From NCBI GenBank assembly GCA_002104905.1, contig MCFE01000733.1, forward strand, positions 1 to 41,615: a stretch of 41,615 bases of DNA, read 5' to 3'. Below the pieces are notes generated by a model. The model was not told where the DNA came from. It made no database searches and was given only the letters and a program-made list of their open reading frames with translations. Origin of the DNA: Basidiobolus meristosporus CBS 931.73 (taxonomy: Eukaryota > Fungi > Basidiobolomycota). Below, one piece after another: positions 1 to 12,400 of the stretch (its first letter is position 1; every line of letters starts with the position of its first letter). The position numbers and the translations under genes are program-made.

Positions 1-193
1 TCATAGGATAATTTTTATCATGGATCATAGATCTTGCCATATTGATCATTGATCTGCTTGCATGTTCTGCTACTCCATTTTGATGTGGGGAGTATGGTAC
101 AGGAGTCTCCTGCTTTAACTCATTAATTTGACAGAAGCTGATAACAAGTTGTGAGGTATTTTCCCCATAATTTTCAGAGCACATTTTCTTAAT
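1..193 (-). mobile_element. Ty1/Copia integrase fragment, inverted orientation, continues off the window edge
   Basis: Reverse complement aligns by eye to 11458-11650 of the full Copia copy (aagaaaa..gctctga..aatacctc..aaagca.gagact.ctgtaccatactcccca..caaaatggagtag..gaacatgc..gatatggcaagatctatgatccatga). Confidence 0.9.
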
Positions 194-329
194 CCCTGTG
201 AAAAATTATGGTATTGTTCCCATCAAAAGGCTGTCACAAAGTTAAAGTCCTGTGACTAAGAGGTACTGATCCCATCAGGACACTGTCCAGAGGTTGTTGA
301 AAAATAATTGCACCCCAGATTTCACCAAA

Positions 330-2594
330 AACTTGGTCAAAATTTCTCATCACAATGATGCATAAGTGGCTTTTGATTGGTTCCCTGCCAATTCACTCAC
401 TCTCTGATCCCAGACACTCTATCACCTCCTATGTTTGTGTGCATGGATTGGCTATTGCCTCTTGTTCACACTTCTTACTCCCTGACTCTATGGCTTCTCT
501 TACTTTTAATGCATACAAACTGATTTGTTTTCATTGAAACTTCAGTTGTACCTCAATTGCCAATTGTATTGACCTATACAAGTCCCTATACCCCGCACTA
601 GTATTAAGCCCAACCCCACACTCAACAAATAACTCCACTAAAATCCGCCACTCAATAAGTATTTCTGCTGTAATGCTCTGGTTCCACAACTTTGGCAGAC
701 CCAATGGCTTTATGCCACTGTTCATTTACTGGTTCCAACACATCCCAGTCTTCAGCAAGTACTGCAAGGTCTAGCACCTCATCTGCCAGTCTTTGCAATA
801 AGTTCTTGCAATATTCAAGTGCACTTTCTTGAGCATTGCTCTTAAAGAATTGCTACACACTCTCTGTGTGTCTATTAATGTTTCAAAATTCCACTAAAGG
901 CATTGTGCTAGTCTTTCAAGCTCTTGAAATTGTAGCCTTATCTGTTAGTGGGATCTCCACTCTGTCAACAATGGAGGATGTGGAGGCTGTGGTAAACAAG
1001 TTGCTTTTTTCTGCAAACTCATCTACCTTGCTAGAGTGTAGCACAACTGGCTGTGCTTCCAACTCTTGTGAAAGCAGCTATCTTGTTGGTAGTTCTTTTT
1101 GGCTATGATGGAATTTGGTCTGTTCCTTGCTTGAACTGTTAATTGGCAAGAACTGCAGTTTTTTTGCATGCCTCCCTGTCTCAGGTTAGGGTAGACATTT
1201 TTCCCTTTACCTTTTTCTTTATTACTGCCAGGTCTTTTACTTCTACTTTGTGTGTGTGCTTCTTTTAATGAACTATATTTTCTCCTTGATAAATTCAGCC
1301 CTGACTTATCTGTTTTGGCCTGCTTGTTCCTTGCTGGCTCTCACCTGGGAACCTGACGTTTCTTTCCTGCTTGTGTTGAGCTCTCAACCATAGTTGTGCT
1401 GGGCTCCTGTAAAAGCCACTGGTTTTTATCACTTCTAGGTCCTTTACTGCTACTTTGACTAAGTGCTTCTTGAGTGGTTTGATGCTTTTTCCTTGATAAA
1501 TGTTGTGCTGGTGCATCTGTTTCTGCCTGCTTGTTCCTAATTGACACTTTTAGCTATTTGACGTCTCTTTGATGCTTGTCTAGAGCTTTTGGCCCTGCTT
1601 GTAACAGGCTCTTGAGGAAGCCACTGATTTTTAGCCATGGCACTCTTGTTCTTCTGCCTTTGATAGTTTCTGCTATTCTTAAGATATTTTCTTAGCATAC
1701 CAATGCTGGCCCAAAATTTGTTTGCCTGCTTGAATCCAGGATGATGGTAATGGTACAAGTCAATTGTGTTCTGCTTGGCCTTGAGTTCCTGATGTTCCTG
1801 TGGTATGCTGGCCTTAAGGTGATGGCATGCTAGACTTTGGAAAGCCTCTTGAATATTAGCCCACTCCTAATTATTGCATGCAACAGCCTCACAGATCTTT
1901 GATGTCTTTTGATTTTTAGGATTTAGTATAATCCACATTGTCTCCCTCCTACGCTGTGATAGGTTTTTCTGTGGGCTTTATCTTTGGGCACTGTTGTTGT
2001 GCTTCAAAGACTGTATGGTGTTCTTCTGATGTTTCATTGGGAAATGGCTCAGCTGTTTGCTATAACATTGGGTGACTTGAGTTCCTTCTTTGCAGCAAAG
2101 AGACAGCTTTCTCTACCTGGGATATCGATTGTTCTTCATTGTTCTTCATGTATTATCCACTCATCCTGCTTCTGGACTATTTCCTGATTTCTCTGGGCCA
2201 TTGCATCTACCCTATCAGCCACTGCACCTAATTGCTTCATTAATGCTTTGGTATGAGCTGACAACATACCTGCTAATATTGGTGGTGGTGATGTTATGAC
2301 GGCCACTTGCTGGTCTTCAACTGAGGGCACTGTGTTTTCTACATTCTCATCTGGCTGAGCATATCAGTCAGCTTGTGGCTCTGCAGAGGTTCTCAGTTGC
2401 CTACTTGACAGAGAGTCTGAGGAATCTGCATTATTACCTTCAGTGGGCACACTGTTAACATGGCCTTTTTTGGAAGTAGTCCTGCTTGTTGCACTGAATG
2501 TCACAGCAAGCTGTTGTCCAACCATTCTTTTAATGCCATCAGTAGTGGGCTTTGGTTGAGAACCAGACAACTTTGCTTTATTTGTTGATAGCAT
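330..2594 (-). pseudogene. Decayed long ORF, probably the second (non-transposase) ORF of the CACTA-type element
   Basis: ATG at 2594 (MLSTNKAKLSG...) is followed by low-complexity K/Q/S-rich protein-like segments broken by stops and frameshifts (ORF pieces 2364-2594, 2136-2330, 1537-1758, 1341-1547). CpG-depleted and head-to-head with the transposase. No domain recognised; left boundary approximate. Confidence 0.4.
1215..1635 (-). repeat. Two diverged ~205-207 bp tandem copies inside the decayed ORF
   Basis: ccactggttttt at 1416 vs ccactgattttt at 1621; ctgcttgttcct at 1320 vs 1527; peptides KNQWLPQEP..SS.QA.K.RQ and KNQWLLQEP..SS.QA.K.RQ. Confidence 0.75.
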
Positions 2595-3190
2595 ATATAT
2601 GGAAGTGAGTCAAACCAAAGGGGAAATAGCTTTAAATATATATGTGTATGTGTTGCCACAACTTTATTTATAATGCTCACTATGGTGGGTCATCATTGAA
2701 TCTTACATTCATGTAGGTGCAATGTCTCAAATACAAGAGTTTCTTAAACTCACTTGAGTATTGACCAAATAGTGATATGAAAGTATTAAGTTAATGAAGG
2801 TCAAACTCTTTGCCCCATGGATAAGACTACTTTGATTCCGCATTATAAGTGAAGCAAAAAAAGACCATGTGGCTATTGTAGCAAGCCTCTCAGCCATGAA
2901 GCACATAGACAGCATAGGAAGTATTACAAGAATCACAGCCAGTGTTTTGCCACACAAGTCATATATGACCATTCATTGGTCACCACTGTACAAACATTAT
3001 CTTGCAGGCCAGTCAATACTTCTATATTAGCACCTGGCTGTCTTTGTGATCTTATGCAAACTAAGTCCAATGAGTTTGTGATGCCTTCAGGCTCACCTCA
3101 GCCTTTTGAATATGGCACACAGAGTGATAACTCTGACAAAGAAGGTCCACTGATGGATTGTGAGCCTATCTCCCCAAACAACAGTACCAT

Positions 3191-5300
3191 GTGCCCAGTC
3201 AAATCCCAATATGCAATGAGACAACATCTGTTGAAACAAATGCCAAGGATACTTTATGGAGCCAAGTGATCCCAGTAATCCATCCACTGGTGAATGATGT
3301 AATGTTGTGGCTTGAGAAGTGGCATGTTTCCACTAATATTGGTAATGGGTGCTCTGAGGATTTATTACTACTGCTTGCCAGAATTATTATGGGATGCAAC
3401 TTACCATGTACATGGTACAAGTGGATAACCATTATGCAGCTGGCAACATATGATCCAGAGACTTTCCTGATTCCAGCATGTGTAAACAGTTGCATGGCAT
3501 TCACATCCAGAAATGCTACCATTGCAATGTGTCCAAATTGTCAGGAATCCACCACCATTGAGGGAAAACATTGATCACACTCCTGATATATTCCAGTAAT
3601 ACCCCATCTGAGGAATCTGATACAGTCCAACAAATATTGCAAAGCTATACAGTACTGCACTCAGTATCAATCAAGCGCAAATATATCCAATATATTTAAT
3701 GGCAAACATTACAAACAGCTAAGAAGCAAGGGCTACTTTGAAGGTATGTATGACCATGCCTTTGCTTTAGCACTTGATGGATTCTCATCAAACAAGTACA
3801 CTACCAGCAAATCCTGCTGGCCACTGATTCTCATCAATCTGAATCTGCTGCCCATCTTACAGTATCAGAACAGTAATTGGATAGTAGTCTCACTGGTATC
3901 TGGGCCTAAATCACTGTCCATCCTGGATAGCTACCTGCATCCATTGCAGGATGAGTTTTGCATGCTTTCCAGCAGGATAACAGTATATGGCCATCATGTA
4001 AAAGTGCATATTATTATCTGCATTGGGATACCCAATCCATCAGCAAGACAGCAGGTTTTTCTGGCCACAATGGATGGTATTGCTGTCAAATGTGTAAGAT
4101 CCAGGGGATTTACTCCATTATTCACACACATTACTATTATCCAAACACCAGCACTAAGAACTTCATCTTCCTGCAGAGAGAATGTACAGAAGTCAACATG
4201 CAATTGTAGCAAAGTTGGCAGGCTATAAGCCATTGGCCAGAGTATGGAATAAACCAGAAACCAGAGATATTTAAGATAGTGGGTATCTGTTGGAGCAAAA
4301 GCTTTCTGCTGGGAGCAATGCATCTGCTTCTCAACAGTATCCCAAAAATAATGACCAAGTTGTACTTCAAGCTAAATGAGCCCTTCAAGATGCCGGAGAA
4401 ATTTGAAGGAATTGGCAAGATATTACAGAGTATCCACTACCCTACGTACTTCTCACAGACTCCAATCTATATTCACATGCATATGTAACAATACAAATGC
4501 AAAGACTTAATAAATTGAATATGTATTTATTCAAGTGGTGTTCTGAAGCCATTCCTACCAAGAGTACATTGGAAGCATTGGGAGTCATATGTGGACATTG
4601 TAGGAATATTTATCCAGAAGCTGATAACCAATGCCAACTTAATACATCTACAGCTGTTGTGCAAGGAGTTTGTAACAGGATTTGAGCAGCTATACTACAA
4701 ACATAAAGCTGAATGCGCAGATCTCTGCCGCTACTGTATCCATTCTCTACTCCATCTTGCACAGTGTGTGGAGAATATTGGGCCTTGCTTCACCTTTTGG
4801 GAGTTTCCTATGGAGTGGATGTGCAGAGAGATAGGAAGACAAGTCAAGTTGCAGGTACTACCATATCACAATCTCATCAAGAGTATTACCTTCAAGTCCG
4901 TCATAGATGTGATAAGTTGGCACATGGAGGACAGCCTGGAAGAGTTAGAAGATACTGAGGACAAATTAGCACATGGAAACACCTATGCCTATGGCATTAA
5001 GAAGCTAAGCAGCCCCAATGCATGGGTAATCAGTTATGTAATGCAAAGTTAGGTTGGGTGCAACAAGCAACTAATTTTTATTAGGAAAACTCTACCAAGG
5101 TATGCCAGATTTCTCTTGGTCACAAGCCAACTTCTACACCATTGAAAAGGGAACTCACACAAACAAGAATCAGAGCGCACCTATTAGGGGGACAAGAATT
5201 TGGCAGGGAGAAGCAGTATGTTGGCTAAATACCAAGAAGTTCCTTGCAGATATTCAGGAGGTATTCATGGCAGAAGTGGCAACAACCAAGCATATGTTTG
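3191..5300 (+). mobile_element. CACTA/EnSpm (CMC superfamily) transposase pseudogene (Tnp2/Transposase_21 plus DUF4218-like C-terminal region)
   Basis: Motifs in order across frameshifts: ACVNSCMAF..CPNC; YIPVIPHLRNL; IFNGKHY..L; ALALDGF..SCWPLILINLNL; GPKS..LDSYLHPLQDEF; GDTQSISK.AGFSGHNG..CC.MC; MHLL; IHSLLHL..GP....WEFPME. Terminal inverted repeats not found. Confidence 0.85.
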
Positions 5301-5308
5301 CAAGGTGT

Positions 5309-6105
5309 CTGCAAAATTCAGGGGATAAAGCAAGAAACTACTGTACCATGCTCCCTAGAGCAAAATACAGTGGTGCAATGTACAAACATAGTGATAATTG
5401 ATATGACAAAATTCATGATCCATGGTCAAAGATATTTGATGTTTTTGGGTGGAATCAATTGCCACAGCTGAATTCCTTAAAAATACAAGTCAAACAGAGT
5501 ACTCTGTGATTACACTCCATTTCACATATAATATAGGTATGGACCAAGTACAGAACATCCCAGAATATCTGGGTGAACAGCATATGCCTAAAAACTGCCT
5601 GAAATCTGTCAAAATTTCAGCCAAAAAGTTTAAAATTCATATTTTTGAGCTACTGCAATGAGAGTAAAGCATACACACCCTACAATACCACAGTAAAGAA
5701 GCTGATCAAGTGTAGGGATATCTTGCTTGACAAAATTCAAGATTATCACAAAAAAAGCATTAGATGATGATGAAAATCTGATATCAAGTCCACCATTTAT
5801 CAGCATTGAACTAGAGCAAAACAATGAGCTCTTTTTCACTCCGGGGAGCTCTTGAACTGTGGCTCAGTCTGAATCAATGCCCAGCAATATCCAAGAAGTG
5901 ATCATTTCAGTATCAAATGCCAGGAGATTCAACCAGAGAAGTAATGGACCAAGTTACTGTATCCATGAGGGTACAAACTTAGTCTATGCTCTTTCAGGCC
6001 ATATTGATGAGCTCCAGATTCTAAAGAAGAGCCTTAATAGTCTTCATAAAGAGGTTTTGGTAATCCACAATGACTGAAGAATATTGGACTCTGATGGAAA
6101 ATCAG
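5309..6105 (+). mobile_element. Copia fragment (integrase C-terminal half to start of RT), older tandem duplicate of 6112-6950
   Basis: Collinear with 11519-12320 of the full copy and with 6112-6950; ends at caatgactgaagaatattggactctgatggaaaatca (AMTEEY..L.EN). Confidence 0.85.
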
Positions 6106-6111
6106 GATATT

Positions 6112-8674
6112 ATGCTTTCACAATGGTGAATAATATATAGCAATACTCTTCATCCACTTCTGCAAATTTCATTCCACAAAGCAAGACACTACTGTACCAT
6201 ATTCCCCATAGCAAAATGGAGTAGCAGAATGTGCAAATAGATCATTAACTCATATTGCAATATCTATGATCCATGAACAAAATTATCCTGTAATTTTTGG
6301 GCAGAATCAGTTGCCACATTTGTATTCCTTAAAACAGGAGTTATAATAGAATACTTTGAGATTCCACTCCTTTTGAAGCATGATATAGACACAGTCCCAG
6401 TGCAGAGCATCCAAGAATATCTGGATGAACAGCATATGCAAAGAAGCAGCCTGAAATCAGTCAAATTTGAGTCAAAAAGTCAAAAATGAATATTTTTGGG
6501 CTACTGCAATAGGAGTAAGGCATACAGACTCTACAATACCAAAGCAAAGAAGCTAAGCAAGTCCAGGAATTTGTTGTCTGGTGAATATTCCAAATTTTCA
6601 CAAAAAATAGCATCAGATCATGACAGAAATCTGATATCAAGCCCACCAATGGGCGGAAGTAAATCAAAGTAAAACAAAGAAGCTTTTTACTGCAGAAGAC
6701 TCTACAGTCATGGTTCAGCCTGAATCAGTGCCCAGGAATTTCCCAGAAGTGATCATCTCAGTATTACAAACCAGAGGATCCAACTGGTCCAGATATAGCC
6801 AAAATTGCTATATCAACAAGATTATGAACTTAGCTCAGACCTATTCAGTCAATATCAATGAGCCCCAGACTGTAAAAGTGGCCCTAAATAGCCCTCAGAA
6901 AATGTTTTGGAGATCCACAATGACTGAGAAATATCAGATCCTGATGCAAAAGAAACTTGGGGCTTGGTGAATTTACCAATCAGCCAAAAATCAGGTGGAT
7001 GCAGATAGGTAAACAAGACAAAATACAAGGCTGATGGTACAATTGAAAGATACAAAGCCAGAATTATAGCCATGAGATACTCTCAAACAAAAGGACTTGA
7101 CTATACTGAGACCTTTGCACTGGTAGCCAAGTTTAATTCCATCAGATTAATATTTGCTATTGCAGTCAAAAATAAATTTTTATTCATCAAATGGATGTAA
7201 AAGCTTCATTTTTGTATGAGAAACTTGATGATGGCATGAACATGAACCAGCCTGATAGGTTTACTGACCAGGATAACTCCAAACTGATCTGCAAGACTAA
7301 AAAGCTCTAAATAGTCACTAACAATCACCAAGAGGCTGGAATTTAAGACAAATTCTTATTTGGAATCTTGGTGTGTTCAAAGGAATACTGCGGACTATAT
7401 TATATACTCTCAGCCAGATAGAGCAAGTCCAGCTCTATTAGCTCTATCTGTGGATAATCTTATCTAGCTGTCAACAACCTAGAGACATTGGAAGAGACTG
7501 AATCCAGCCTGCTTAAAGAATTCAAGATGTCCAATATAGGGGAACTCAGTTACTACTTAGGGATAAAGTTCTCCATAGACAGAAGTACCCAGACTATTGC
7601 CCTAAGCCAATCTAAGTATATTCAAGATATTCTAAAAAAGTACCAAATGGAAGACTGTCAACCAGCAGCTACCCCAATGGAGACAAATCTTACCATCGTC
7701 AAAACTCTACCAAATCAAAAGAGCAGAATACCATCCAAAAGCCCTGAGTTTCCTTATCAATCTATGGTCTGCAGTTTGATGCATATCATGCTTGCAACAT
7801 GTTCATATATCTCATATTCAGTGGGAGTTGTCAACATGCATAATCAGAACTATGGATCTGATCATATTGCGGTAGTTAAGCAGATTTTTAGATACCTAAA
7901 TGGAACTGCTGATGTCTGATTAAGGTACACCTATGAGGATTCAGAACAAGATCTTGTGGGATACTCTGATTCTGATTGGGGATAAAATCTAGCAGACAGA
8001 CAATCCACCACAGGACACACCTTAATTCACTGTAAAGGAACAATTTCATGGACTTTGAGATAGCAACCAACTAAAGCACTTTCTACCACAGAGACAGAGT
8101 CTAGGGCAGCTTGCAAAGCTACAAAAGAAGTAATGTGGCTAAGAATGCTTCTCAAGGTCTTAGGTCTAAGTCTGAGAACACCAATGACTTTATTTCAAGA
8201 TAATCAATGATGTATACAATTGGGTAGAAATCCAACTTTTCATACCAGAACTAAGCACAAAGATATTAGACATCATTTCATATGTGAGCCTATAGAAAAT
8301 AACTTAGCAAACTGGCCTATGGATGAAATGGTTGCTGTCACATTAACAAAGCTCTAGCTAATGACAAATTTGAGTATCTTGGGTTCAAATTAGGACCAGT
8401 GATTATAAAAATTATTGGAGTAGGAATATTGTAAAAGTTAGTTATTTCACCTAAATATTCATCTAACTTGGTAACTTAGATCATTTCCAGCATATCTTAG
8501 GGAATATAGACCAAATTCCTTATTGGAGCTTACTTTGAATATCCTTGCCAAAATATCTGGTACCCAGAGCATGAAAATTCTCAAAGTTGTCCAAACAGTT
8601 CCATATCTTGCTTGCATGTCTATGGGACCTTTCTGAGTCTATTCTGCATGCTACTTATGCTAGAACCATGTAAA
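6112..8674 (+). mobile_element. 5'-truncated, heavily decayed Copia copy (IN C-terminus, RT, RNase H, partial 3' LTR)
   Basis: RT segment MSNIGELSYYLGIKF..LSQSKYIQDILKKY..ATPMET (7488-7919); RNase H relics; degenerate PPT, then LTR start tattgtaa at 8427; LTR cut at 8674 by the next LTR. Confidence 0.88.
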
Positions 8675-9021
8675 TGTTGTAAAAATTTGGAATTCCACCT
8701 AAATATTCACCTAATTTATTCACTTAGATCATTACCTTCAAGTCCTAGAGAATACTGACCAAATTCCTTGTTGGCATTTACTTAGAGTATTTTCACCAAA
8801 ATACCAGGTACCCAGAACATGAAGATTCTCAAAGTTGTCCAAACAGCCCCAAACTTTGCACATGTTCTTGAGACCTTCCTTAACCTATTCTACATGTTTG
8901 TTATGCCAAGACCAGGTAAAAGTATAAGTACTACTTTTATATTCAATATATCATTAACTGAAAACCACATAATCTACTTGTTCTCCCAATCACTTCCAGT
9001 ATCTCCAAGACTCTTACAACA
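8675..9021 (+). repeat. Copia LTR (complete, 347 bp) followed by PBS variant GGTGATGAGCCC at 9022-9033
   Basis: Termini TGTTGTAA...TTACAACA (8-bp inverted ends); homologous to 9474-9822 and 13806-14154. Confidence 0.92.
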
Positions 9022-9061
9022 GGTGATGAGCCCCAAGCTGTCACTCTCTGCAATGTCTACT

Positions 9062-9371
9062 ATTTAGTCACTTAGATCATTACCTTCAAGTCCTAGAGAA
9101 TACTGACCAAATTCCTTGTTGGGATTTACTCAGAATATTCTCACCAAAATATCAGGTGCGCAGAACATTAAAATTCTCAAAGTTGTCCAAACAGCCCCAA
9201 ACTTTGCACACATGTTCTTGAGACCTTCCATAGCCTATTTTACATGATTGTCATGACCAGATTATTTAAAAGTATAAATACTACTTTTACATTCAATAAA
9301 TCATTAGGTGAAAACTACATAATCTACTTGTCCTCCCAATCACTTCCAATATCTCCAAGACTCTTACAACA
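9062..9371 (+). repeat. Copia LTR lacking its first ~35 bp, followed by PBS (9372-9383) and the first ~70 bp of gag
   Basis: Ends TTACAACA-GGTGATGAGCCC; shares diagnostic variants with 8675-9021; gag start MSTTAITKTFPSTEKLDGFNYQV is interrupted at 9473. Confidence 0.9.
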
Positions 9372-9473
9372 GGTGATGAGCCCCAAACTGTCACTCTCTG
9401 CAATGTCTACTACAGCTATTACTAAAACTTTTCCCTCTACTGAAAAGTTGGATGGATTTAACTACCAAGTATG

Positions 9474-12400
9474 TGTTGTAAAAATTTGTAATTCCACCTA
9501 AAGATTTACCTAACTTAGTCACTTAAACTATTACCCTCAAACTCTATAGAATACTGACCAAATTCCTTGTCAGGATTTACTTACAATAATTTCACCAAAA
9601 TACCAGGTACCCAGAAAATGAAAATTCTCAGAGTTGTCCAAACAGCCCCAAACTTTGCACACCTGTGCTTGGGACCTTCCTTAACCAATTCTATGTGCTT
9701 GTAATGCCAAGACCAGGTAAAAGTATAAGTACTATTTTTATATTCAATAAATCATTAACTGAAAACCACATAATCTACTTGCTCTCCCAATCACTTCCAA
9801 TATCTCCAAGACTCTTACAACAGGTTATGAGCCCCAAGCTGTCTCTCTCTGCAATCTCTACTACTGCTATTACTGGAACTTTTCCCTCTGCTGAAAAGTT
9901 GGATGGATCTAACTACCAAGTGTGGAAGGTGAAGATCAAGATGCTGCTACAAGAAAGAGGTCTTTGGGATATTTTCATGGGAGAAGAATGCCCTCCTAAA
10001 AATGTGGGAGTGGAAGCCTTAAAGTACCAGAAGGAAGAACAAAGTGCCTTTAACTGCATTTGCCTTAATGCTAAAGACAAACTGCTAATTAAATGCTCAA
10101 GAGCAAAAACAGCAAGGAATGCCTGGAAGGCATTAGAAGACACCTACCAGTCATGTTCAGCTGCTAAGAAAATGTATCTGAGACAAAAATTCTTTACTAC
10201 AAAGATGCTGCAAGGAGAAGAAATGAAATTCTAATTTACTGAATTACCCTCTTGGTAGATGAGATGGAATCTGTGGGTGTACCAACTACTGATGAGGATG
10301 TGATAGTCACCATCTTGAATATCCTGACAGATAGGTTTCAGGGCCTTGTATCAGCCCTAGAGTCCAGAACTGAAGATTTGACCTTAAATAATGTATATGG
10401 AAGGCTCTTGGATAAAGAATTAAGAAAATCAAGTGCCAATAAGAAGCACAAAGCAAATGCTTTAATAAGCAATTATAACCAACAAAGGAGGTACCCAAGA
10501 CCCTACAAAGGCAACAGCAACCTGTTTTGCAACTACTGCAAAAGGAAAGGACACACATCAGACTGGTGCTTCAAAAAGAAAGATAATCAATAGAAAAGCC
10601 TGAATATGGATATGCTGCAACAACTGAGCATAGACTATTCATATCTGCACTAAATATGACCACAAGCAAGGATTCTCAGACGTGGTGTATTGACTCTGGA
10701 GCATCTCAACACTTTGCACGCCAAAAAGAACTTTTTACCCAATATCAAGAAATTCCAACTAAGAAGGTTTTCATAGGTGACAATAGAACACTTGATGCAG
10801 TGGCAGAAGGAACTATCCAAGTAAATCTAAGAAGCAGTGAAGGAAGCCATACACTGACCTTCAAAGAAGTACTCTATGTACAAGAAATAGCCAAGAATCT
10901 ACTATCTGTAAGCAAGGCCACTGCAGAAGGACTTAGTTTCAACTTTGACTATTCTGGATGCAAGATCAATGATCAATATGGTGCCCATATTGCTTTGGGT
11001 ATCAGAGATCAAAATCTTTACAAGTTGACTTATATTCCATCATATTTGGAAGCCAATATAAGTAACTTAAATGAAGAAGCACCAATGCTTTGGCACAGGA
11101 GATTTGGGCACATCAATTTTGATTATTTGCACAAAATGATCAAAGATCAGCTAATTTCTGGAGCAAAAATTGATCCCCCTGCCAATTTGGAGCACTGTGA
11201 AGCCTGCATATATGAGAAACAAGCCAGACAACCATTCAAGAGCTCTGGGTTGATTGTAACCAAGAAAAAATTAGATCTAATTCACTCAGATCTCTGTGGA
11301 CCAATGCAAAGTTTATCCTAAGGCTGGGTGAAGTATTTAATCACTTTTATTGATGATTATACAAGATACACATGGGCCTACTACATGGTGAGAAAGGAAG
11401 AGGCTCTGTCTAAGCTCAGGGAGCTCAAAGCCATGGTGGAGAGAGAAACGGATGAAAAAATCAAGAAAACATGCTCTGACAATGGTGGAAAATATACCTC
11501 AAAACTCTTCATCCACTTCTGCAAAATTCATGGGATAAAGCAAGAGACTACTGTACCATACTCCCCACAGCAAAATGGAGTAGTAGAACATGCTAACAAA
11601 TCAATAATTGATATGGCAAGATCTATGATCCATGATCAGAAATTATCCTATGATTTTGGGGCGGAATCAGTTTCCACTGCTGAATATCTTAGAAATAGGA
11701 GTTATAACAGAATACTTTGTGATTCTACTCCATTTGAAGCATAATATGGATACAGACCAAGTGCAGAACATCTAAGAATATTTGGGTGTATAGCATATGC
11801 CAAGAAACTGCCTGGAAATCAGTCAAAATATGAGCCAAAAAGTGTAAAATGCATATTTTTGGGCTACTGCAATGAGAGTAAAGCATACTGACTCTACAAA
11901 ACCAAAGCAAAGAAGCTAACCAAGTCCAGGGGTGTGTTGTTTGATAAAAGCTCAAAATTTTCACAAAAAATGACACTAGATGATGATGAAAATCTGATCT
12001 CAAATCCACTAATTGTCAGGATTGAATCCAAGCAAAACTATGTAAGTTTTTTCACTCCAGAGGACACTACAACCATGGTTCAGCCAGGACCAGTGCCCAG
12101 GAATATCCCAGAAGTGATCATTCCAGTATCAAATGCCTGGAGATCCAATTAGACAAGAGAAAGTCCGTATTAATATATCAATGAGGGTACAAACTTAGCC
12201 TATACCTATTCAATCCATATTGATACACCCCAGACTGTAAAAGAGGTCCTAAATAGCCCTCAGACAAAGTTTTGGAGATCTGCAATGACTGAGGAATATC
12301 AGGCCCTGATGGCAAATCAAACTTGGGACTTAGTCAAATTACCAATCAACCAAAAGTCAATTGGATGCAGATGGGTCTTCAAGACAAAATACAAGGCTGA

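Noticed and set aside
200-5310. CACTA..TAGTG terminal inverted repeats
   Set aside because: Scattered CACTA pentamers exist (e.g. 596) but no matching right end or 3-bp TSD was found, so element ends are left undefined.
8819-9850. Repeated ORFs MKILKVVQ../FVMPRPGKSIST.. as a tandem gene family
   Set aside because: They are read-through frames of the LTR copies. Start points differ between copies, frameshifts occur, and most of the frame lies upstream of the likely TATA.
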